In this document: piece after piece, positions 55,457 through 64,000 of the stretch
How positions within the stretch are numbered: the first letter of the stretch is position 1
How the letters are laid out: each line of letters begins with the position of its first letter
Assembly: GCA_951406725.2 (NCBI GenBank)
Contig: OX597818.1
Location: 6,138,001 to 6,202,000, forward strand
DNA length: 64,000 nt
Reading direction: 5' to 3'
Origin: Octopus vulgaris
Taxonomy: Eukaryota
Program-made: the position numbers and the translations under genes
Notes under the pieces: model-generated
The model's input: only the letters and a program-made list of their open reading frames with translations
Databases searched by the model: none
Told to the model about the DNA's origin: nothing

Positions 55457-56365
55457 TTGTGTGTGTGTGTAATGAAGCTGTACATGTGTCAATTCATTAA
55501 GGCCATTTGAAGCGACTACTTTAATTGATTAATGAAAACATTACATCATTTGAAAGAAACCGTTCTTGTCAGAATTTGCCAGAAATATGACACCAGAAAC
55601 AGTAAATATTTTGAGTTCCATTATTGATGTGACTATGTTAAAGCAATAGTGGTATCATATATGCTTGAAATTTATGAGGTCATCTGAAGATAAAGGTTTC
55701 AAATGATGCAATGTATTCATTAATCAATCAACAGAGTCGCTCAAAATCGTCGTAGTGATTTGACACCTATACATCTTCGCAACTCATTTATATTTTATTT
55801 ACCTACCTTGGAATCTGCACTTCGAGAATATTATAGAAAGGACCTTTATATAAATCATATGCCTGAACTACCTAGAGCGGATAACTTCACACAGATAGGT
55901 TGCGTTGTCTGCACAAACGCCAAGAATATCTGGTGCAAACATTCCTGCGCAGAGTTTTGACAGTTGACTAAATGCCTCAATTTAAATAACTAATTCAACA
56001 GAATCTTATATTTTATTATATTATATTATATTATATATGTAAAACTGAGAATGTGTGTGCGTGTCTGTCTGTATGTGTGCATCATTAAAACTCGATTTCA
56101 TTGAAATTTTACATATACCTTACTTGGGGGTCGATGCGGTGTCATGGCCGAAGGAAATTTTCAACTTCTTGCGTATCCCTTAAACTATTTCATTATTACG
56201 TGTCAAAAGTGAGACAATGATATCTCTAATGCAATGTGACATAATATATTCTGTTTAATACTTTCACTGTTAATACTTTCATTTTGTATATAACATATGA
56301 ATAGTGAAACTGTTAATACTGACACTCTATATGTGTTTATACAGCTGCACATGTATATGTATGTA

Positions 56366-56462
<97 letters not shown>

Positions 56463-57234
56463 ATATACACATGTACGTATATAGATTTATATGTATTTAT
56501 ATGTTTATATCTATTATTTAAAATAGAGATGTGTGCGTATTCACTTTTAATGCGAAAGCGGCTTCAGCTATTACTTCCGTACTTCTGATGCGTGAATAAT
56601 TTGACCTCCTATATATAATAATGTCTTCATTTGATTTTTTTTTAATTAAAATTCTTTGAAAATAAAAAAAATTGCTTTTTATAATATATTCACGTCTTTC
56701 AAAGATTTAAAAATATTTAGCTCCAGTTTTCTACCGTCAGTGATGTAACATATATCTTTATGTGTATATCTCTATCCATCTCTTTCTCTCTATCTCTATC
56801 TCTCTGTAACATATCTTTCTGTCTATATCTCTTGCTTTCACTTTCATTTTTCAGACGCTATTCTTTTCACTTTCAATTTTCATACGCCATTGTTTCACAT
56901 TCACCTTACTGTTTTCATTTTAAGTCTAAGTTTTGAATCGCTATTCACAAACAAACGACAAATTACTGACAGAAAGAAGTTCACAATTACTGATGTAAAT
57001 AATTTCGTAGTTGTCTGACAGATGTATCTTCATTAATTTCACTTCAATTCGCGCGGATTTGTATTTTTCTTTTTTAGACGGTCACTTTCTGATTTCTTCC
57101 ATACTGGCTCTTTGGTTCAGTATGTGGCAAATTTCGCTTCAACCCGTACACTACTTTATTTTCCTTTAACATTTCTTATTTACTTTTTGCCCGTCGCATT
57201 AAGACACATAATTTTTGTTACCAAGTTATTTTCA

Positions 57235-57760
57235 TTGTTTACTATCTTCTGCACTCGTGTATTTCTGTATAATCGACATAACCATATTACAACTTTGTCG
57301 GCATAACTACAGATTTCTGTCCCCACCACCAAATTTCAATGATCATAACTATCAGAAGAATGGATATTTTTTAATAAACTTTTCAACGAATATGTGTTCA
57401 GTTCGAATATATACAATTTTGGGAGGTTTTTATTTCCATTGCTTACTACCTTCCGCACTCGTGTATTTCTGTATATATATACTACGAATATGTTGTATTA
57501 TATGCATTTCGAATATATACAATTTTGGGTGTTAAGTGTTTATTTTCCTTGTTTCGTATCTGCTGCATTCGTGTATTTTTGTATACATATATAACCATGC
57601 GTAGAAAGAAAATGTCAAATTTGTCGGCATTACTACACATTTCTGTCCCCCAACGCACCAAATTTCGATAATCATAACTTTCAGAATAATGGATTTTTTA
57701 AATAAAATTTCCTACGAATATGTGTTATATCATGTTTATTAAGAATATATACAATTTTTT
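57235..57760. repeat. Local tandem duplication inside the Helitron
   Basis: CTTC.GCACTCGTGTATTTCTGTATA and TTTGTCGGCAT.ACTACA.ATTTCTGTCCCC...CCAAATTTC.AT.ATCATAACT.TCAGAA.AATGGAT recur. Confidence 0.75.
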
Positions 57761-58175
57761 TTTTGGGGAGGGGCCTAAGTAATTTAGGAGTGGGGGATTT
57801 CTGAAAATTCACCGGAGTCTACTTAAATTAGTTTTCACTTTCAAGAAAATGGATAATTTTTTAAATGAAATTCTCTACAAATATACCTTGGAATATTATT
57901 ACATCACATTCACTTCTTTCAAAATGTTTCTCAATGTCTACTTCGGGTATTGACGTAAAACCGCAAAGTCTCTCCCGGTCTAATTTTTAATGTTTTGTTC
58001 TCAAGTTTTAATTCGCTATTTGTAAACAACTACGATAAATTACTGAAATAATTATTTACTAAGTTCTCAAATTTAAATTTTCGGTACAAGATGGTTTTCA
58101 ACGTGCTTCTATTTATACGAATTTTTTCATTCCATGTACATCTCATTCATTGTTTCGAAAGTTCTCTCTCTCTTG

Positions 58176-58240
<65 letters not shown>

Positions 58241-58784
58241 CACTCCATGTTTGACTTCTTTATTACACAAATATCACGCTAAAATTTTGCAATTCAACAT
58301 GGGGCGTCCAACAATTATGGGCTTTATTTTGCTGTAATTCGCACACTTCGTTAATTCACGTAAATTTTTTTTTCTTTATTTTCTTTTTCACGCCGTCATC
58401 AGCTCTATGTATTTCTACAGAATCACACACGCACACTTGTTTTTGTATGTATATTTCTATAATTTATGTATGCTGTGTGTATCTGTGAGTGTGACTGAGT
58501 GATGGGGTCTGTTGTCATGTATTCGTACATACTTAAATACATATACAGCTTTTTTATATGTATGTGTGCGTGTGAGACAGAGTGAGAGAGTGATGTCTAA
58601 GTGGCATTCCATCTCTCTCCCTCTCTCTCTCTCTCACGCACACATACATACAAGAAAGATTAATGTCTATTTATGTATGTACATATACATGACAACACAC
58701 TCCTTCACTTACTCACTCTCTTCTCTCTCACGCACACACACGTCTATTTCATTTGATGTTTGATACTGTATGTACATGTGTGTG

Positions 58785-58829
<45 letters not shown>

Positions 58830-59934
58830 CCGTGTCTGCGGCGTTCCACAATCGTCAGAAAAAACAAAGCAAGTTCCTTTCTTGATACTCCTGGTGACAC
58901 AGGTAAAATACTTGTCACATTGCTTCTCCCCAAAGTAAGGCAACACTGCCTGCCTTTGCTGCCACCGTTCTGCCAGGGGGACGAACAGCTCATTCTGCTT
59001 TTAAATTACCACTAAACCTGGTCACAAGTGACAGTCTACTTAGTAACATAAACAAAGATTCAGGTTTAGCAGAAGTGTTGTGCCAATACCACCTTACCAT
59101 TTGGGATGAATGCACCATGTCACATAGAGGTGTTTTGGAAGTTCTTGATAACACCTTACAGGACATCAAAGGCAACAATAAATTTATGGGAGGAAATACA
59201 TTAGTTTTATCAGGAGACTTCAGACAGACATTACCAGTCATTCTGAGACGAACAAAATCTGATAAAATAAACACAAGCATTAATTCGTCACACCCATGGT
59301 ATAAAGTAATGAAATACTCCGAAAAATGACACACTTGCAAGAATTAACCATGAATTAATGAATAAGTTTCCAACATTCATTAAGAAGTACAAATCAGTTG
59401 ATTCAGTCCTTTATGAAAATCAAGCTGTCAATTACCCAACAGAATTCATTAATTCTCTGGAGCCACCTAAGATTCCACCACAGAAAGTTTTTCTGAAGGT
59501 AGGAGTTCCAGTAATGCTTCTAAGGGATTTAGATTATCCTAAATTATGCGATGGGACAAGGTTGATCGTGAAGACATTAACACCTAATGTTACAGAAGCT
59601 ACCATCATCACTTGATGTGCCTCTGGGGAAAAGGCTTTAGTTCCAAGAATTACAATCAAATCAACATACATGCCCTTTCCGTTCAAACGAACACAATTCC
59701 CAGTGCGACTTCCCTTTGCAATGTCTGATTATAAAGGTCAAGGTCAGCCTTTGAAGTCTACTGGCTTGCTTTTTGCATGGTCAACTTTGCTAGTTGCTCC
59801 AGAGTAGGTAATTTGCAAGACTTATTTGCTAATGCTCAAAACCAGAAAACTATGGAATGTTGTTTACACAGCTGTTACATAATTTTTTCAACATATGTGG
59901 TAGAATTTATCTTTATTTTATCTTTATTTTCTTT

Positions 59935-59935
<1 letters not shown>

Positions 59936-59966
<31 letters not shown>

Positions 59967-59993
59967 CATCGTCATTATTATTATTATTATTAT

Positions 59994-60054
<61 letters not shown>

Positions 60055-60099
60055 GGTGGCCGTGGTCGTGGTGGTGGTAGTAGTAGTAGTAGTAGCAGC

Positions 60100-60161
<62 letters not shown>

Positions 60162-60190
60162 CAGTAGTAGTAGTAGTAGTAGTAGTAGTA
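59936..60190. repeat. Compound (TCA)n(TTA)n(TAG)n(TGG)n microsatellite
   Basis: Read directly from the sequence. Confidence 0.95.
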
Positions 60191-60477
60191 TTGTCATACT
60201 AGTAACAATTATTATTATTTTGTATTATTAGTTCAGAACTGATATTCCAGTTAAAGAATAAATTGTACCCCAGGTGAGGAATAAATTGAATTCACAATAA
60301 CAATTTTCTATACAACATATTTTGCTTTTTTCTTCCAATATGTAAGGAAAAATTTAATTCCAAGGCAACGCCGGGTGCCTCTGCTAGTAAATATATATAT
60401 TTATATATGTATATATGTATATATATACATATATATAAGTATTTATATGTGTAATTATATATATATATGTATATATG

Positions 60478-60555
<78 letters not shown>

Positions 60556-60629
60556 CTTACATAAAAACTAAAAACGAATGCAAAAAGGGACAAGAAAAAA
60601 CAAGGGCGGGTCATTCGGAGTTTTGTACG

Positions 60630-61778
60630 ACTCTCTTATTCTTTCCTTCTTCCTTTCTATCAGCCCCTTCACACTTTCATCGTTCTTTCCGCTCTTCTTT
60701 CTTTCATTCCCCTCTCTCACAATTCCAGTCTTTCTCTTCATTCTGAAGTTCCTCCTCTTTCACCTCACTCTGTCCCTTTTCCTTCTTTCTCGTCCCCCCA
60801 AATTCTAGTATCTCTGCCTCTACCTCTCTCCTCTCTCTCCCCGTGACCAGTGTTCGACCAAGCCTGACCTTTCTTGGTTCGACTACCAACCGGGCAACAT
60901 CTATATTCCTCCCCATGCCTGTCATATCTTATGTCCCTGCCGTAAGGTTTCACTTCCACATTTGCCAGCTTAATTTAATTCGTTAGTAGTCGGAGGACAC
61001 ATGTTGTTAACGTCCTGTTATTTGCATTTGTATTTGTCTACCATTTCTCTGTTTTTTTCGTCCTTGATTTCGTATCCATTCGCTGCTTTCTTGTAAGAAC
61101 TCTAGTGCTCTTGGCTTAGTTTTTCCTTGAGAATGGCTGAAATTGCAAACATAATATGGAACTCGATTGAGAAAACTCCAAATGAACCGTCCATGTTTTT
61201 TCTTGTCTCGTTTTTGTATAATCTCTCTGGTGTTTTTTGTCCCTTTTTCGTGTCATCTAACTGTCTGGATGCTTTGTGTTCTTGTCCCATTTTTGGCATT
61301 CCTTTTTATGTATTTATATGTATGTATATATGCGTGTGTGTATTTGTACCCCCATCATCGCTTGACAACCGATGTTACTTCGCTTACGCTCCAATAACAT
61401 AGCTGTTTGGCAAAGCAAACCGATAGAATAAGTACTAGGCTTACAAAGAGTAAACCCTGGAGTTGAATTCTTCGAATAAAGGCGGTGCTCCAGCATGGGC
61501 GCAGTGACATGGTTGAAAAAGCAAAACAATAGGAAACTCTCTTATTCTTTCATTCTTCCTTTCTATCAGCCCCTTCACACTTTCATCGTTCTTTCCGCTC
61601 TTCTTTCTTTCATTCCCCTCTCTCACAATTCGGTTTTTTTCTTAATTCTGACGTTCCTCCTCTTTCACCTCACTCTGTCCCTTTTCCTTCTTTCTCGTCC
61701 CCCCAAATTCTAGTATCTCTGCCTCTACCTCTCTCCTCTCTCTCCCCGTGACCAGTGTTCGACTAAGCCTGACCTTTC
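60630..61778. repeat. ~240-bp near-identical direct repeats (60630-60873 and 61536-61778)
   Basis: CTCTCTTATTCTTT...CCCCGTGACCAGTGTTCGAC.AAGCCTGACCTTTC occurs twice. Confidence 0.9.
61320..61520 (+). mobile_element. SINE 3' half with LINE-derived tail
   Basis: Homologous to 10060-10215. Ends in GGCGGTGCTCCAGCATGG..CAGT..GGTTGAAA, like the LINE 3' end at 30683. Confidence 0.75.
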
Positions 61779-62011
61779 AAACTGATAATATATCAGTTTG
61801 AAAAAATATAGTCACGAAATACGTATAGTCTTTTTACCAATTATATACTATTTATTTATTATTTTGTACTTTACTCAATTATTGGTATATGTTTTATCGT
61901 ATATTTAATTTTTTCTATATTGTATGATTTAATTATATCATTGTTGAATTGATACATGGTTCTTCTCTAATTTAGATACATATACATACATACATACATA
62001 CATACATACAT

Positions 62012-62068
<57 letters not shown>

Positions 62069-62246
62069 CTATATCAAAAGTCTGAGCGCTATATAAATTG
62101 TAGCAGTACGGACACTTAATATATAATTGCCAACCAAGTGTGGCATTCCTATACAGGACAGCGCTACTGATGTTTATTGCTTCAGGATGACATCTCCTGC
62201 AGCTTGCTAACAACAACATTCTGGTTAGTATTTGCGAGGGATGGGT

Positions 62247-62303
<57 letters not shown>

Positions 62304-62547
62304 TTATAAATGAGGGTGAAAAATCGGTATTAATTTAATAATACCATTAATTTAACACCAAGTGGCTTAGCACAAAAAACTACGGAGAAAATACAAATTT
62401 ATACATAAATTATTAGAGAGTTATCCACTATGTGGATAACTCTAGTGCTAAAAATAGCTCCGAAGCAACCACAGAAGAACAGTTTCCAACTAGAATCAAC
62501 ATACATTTGACGGAGGGAAAGTGAAATACAACGAATAAAATAGATTG

Positions 62548-62623
62548 ACTCTATACAATTGTTTCATTACTAATGTAATATGTAGTTTTACTTACACTCA
62601 CATCTATAAATCTTCGGTAGAGT
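62548..62623 (-). ncRNA. Type I hammerhead ribozyme, U4C core variant
   Basis: Minus strand: ACTCTA-CCGAAGA-TTTATAGATGTGAGTGTAAGTAAAACTACATATTACATTAGTAAT-GAAACAATTGT-A-TAGAGT. Perfect 6-bp stem I, palindromic stem III, GUA site. Confidence 0.7.
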
Positions 62624-63581
62624 TTGTCAGAAATGCAATTAATTAGATCGATTCGAGCGTCAAAAACACGAGCGGTCCAACCAATTACATTTTTAGTTAT
62701 GTCTCAAATTCCGCGCCAAAAACATGCCTAGACTCCATTGGAAACGTATGCCGCATCAAATAAAATATTGACTGCCGCGTAGTTAAATTTATAAAATTAT
62801 AAATGAGGGTGAAAAATCGGTATTAATTTAATAATACCATTAATTTAACACCAAGTGGCTTAGCACAAAAAACTACGGAGAAAATACAAATTTATACATA
62901 AATTATTAGAGAGTTATCCACTATGTGGATAACTCTAGTGCTAAAAATAGCTCCGAAGCAACCACAGAAGAACAGTTTCCAACTAGAATCAACATACATT
63001 TGACGGAGGGAAAGTGAAATACAACGAATAAAATAGATTGACTCTATACAATTGTTTCATTACTAATGTAATATGTAGTTTTACTTACACTCACATCTAT
63101 AAGATTTATAGATGTGAGTGTAAATAAAACTACATATTACATTAGTAATGAAACAATTGTATAAAGTCAATCTATTTTATTCGTTGTATTTCACTTTCCC
63201 TCCGTCAAATGTATGTTGATTCTAGTTGGAAACTGTTCTTCTGTGGTTGCTTCGAGCTATTTTTAGCACTAGAGTTATCCACATAGTGGATAACTCTCTA
63301 ATAATTTATGTATAAATTTGTATTTTCTCCGTAGTTTTTTGTGCTAAGCCACTTGGTGTTAAATTAATGGTATTATTAAATTAATACCGATTTTTCACCC
63401 TCATTTATAATTTTATAAATTTAACTACGCGGCAGTCAATATTTTATTTGATGCGGCATACGTTTCCAATGGAGTCTAGGCATGTTTTTGGCGCGAATTT
63501 GAGACATAACTAAAAATGTAATTGGTTGGACCCTCATGTTTTTGACGCTCAAATCGATCTAATTAATTGCATTTCTGACAA

Positions 63582-63657
63582 ACTCTACCGAAGATTTATA
63601 GATGTGAGTGTAAGTAAAACTACATATTACATTAGTAATGAAACAATTGTATAGAGT
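63582..63657 (+). ncRNA. Type I hammerhead ribozyme, U4C core variant (mirror copy)
   Basis: Same motif as 62548-62623, on the plus strand. Confidence 0.7.
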
Positions 63658-63942
63658 CAATCTATTTTATTCGTTGTATTTCACTTTCCCTCCGTCAAAT
63701 GTATGTTGATTCTAGTTGGAAACTGTTCTTCTGTGGTTGCTTCGGAGCTATTTTTAGCACTAGAGTTATCCACATAGTGGATAACTCTCTAATAATTTAT
63801 ATATATATATATATATATTGTATAGAGGGCATTATTACACATAAATGCCTCACACTAAGAGGGACAAAGTCATTACTACCAAAATTACACTAATCATACC
63901 TAAATGCTGTTCTTCAAAGCAAGACATTTAAAAAATGAATTT

Positions 63943-63999
63943 AGTTCTGTATCACCGTGATTTCACATTTAACTTACGTCTATGATCCTCAGCAGAACT
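63943..63999 (-). ncRNA. Type I hammerhead ribozyme
   Basis: Minus strand: AGTTCTG-CTGAGGA-TCATAGAC-GTAA-GTTAAATGT-GAAA-TCAC-G-GTGA-TA-CAGAACT. Perfect 7-bp stem I, canonical core, GNRA-capped stem II, 5-bp stem III, AUA site. Confidence 0.8.
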
Positions 64000-64000
64000 G

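Larger units (their letters stand above)
56030..60387 (+). mobile_element. Helitron (internally deleted) with PIF1 helicase remnant at 58850-59850
   Basis: FLDTPGDTGK (Walker A-like), IWDECTMSH, VLSGDFRQTLPVI, YPTEFINSLEPP, LCDGTRLIV, QFPVRLPFAM. The 3' hairpin AGGCA..TGCCT and CTAG-T end at 60387. The 5' boundary (TATATGTAAAACTGAGAATGTGTG) is tentative. Confidence 0.8.
62304..63800. mobile_element. Tandem and palindromic array of a 493-nt hammerhead-bearing non-coding unit (retrozyme/PLE pseudo-LTR-like)
   Basis: TGAGGGTGAAAAATCGG at 62311 and 62804 (period 493). Fold-back centre CTATAA-GAT-TTATAG at ~63104. Arms ~62405-63102 and 63106-63800 are almost identical. Flanked by (TA)n. Confidence 0.92.

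Noticed and set aside
62418-62444. TTATCCACA (DnaA-box-like) within the hairpin AGAGTTATCCAC-TAT-GTGGATAACTCT
   Set aside because: Eukaryotic repeat context. It is just an internal 12-bp hairpin of the unit.
62304-63800. CRISPR-like array
   Set aside because: The repeats are whole 493-nt units with no unique spacers, and there are no cas genes.

Overview
Eukaryotic, AT-rich window saturated with repeats. The SINE, LINE and microsatellite make-up resembles a cephalopod (Octopus-like) genome; this is recognition of families, not a database result. No host protein-coding gene can be supported. Nearly all ORFs in the track are microsatellite read-throughs or transposon fragments. Contents: (1) a young, nearly intact CR1/L2-group LINE (26.1-30.7 kb) with a Myb/SANT-like plus CCCH ORF1 and an APE-RT ORF2 broken by one frameshift, next to a 3-kb (TA)n/CA array and a 100-N gap; (2) one near-complete and three partial R4/Dong-like RLE retrotransposons in (TAA)n tracts; (3) four mariner copies, one nested in a Tc1; (4) two Helitron PIF1-helicase remnants; (5) Penelope-like RT and GIY-YIG remnants; (6) tRNA-derived SINEs. 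The main unannotated signal is a set of about ten type I hammerhead ribozyme motifs from at least seven different small non-coding families, plus decayed copies. Each has a palindromic stem III, and they sit in roughly 0.5-kb tandem and fold-back units inside TA/TAA microsatellites. The best example is a ~1.4-kb palindrome of a 493-nt ribozyme-bearing unit at 62.3-63.8 kb. The arrangement fits Penelope-derived, retrozyme-like elements that could yield self-cleaved or circular RNAs and long dsRNA. All folds were paired by eye.
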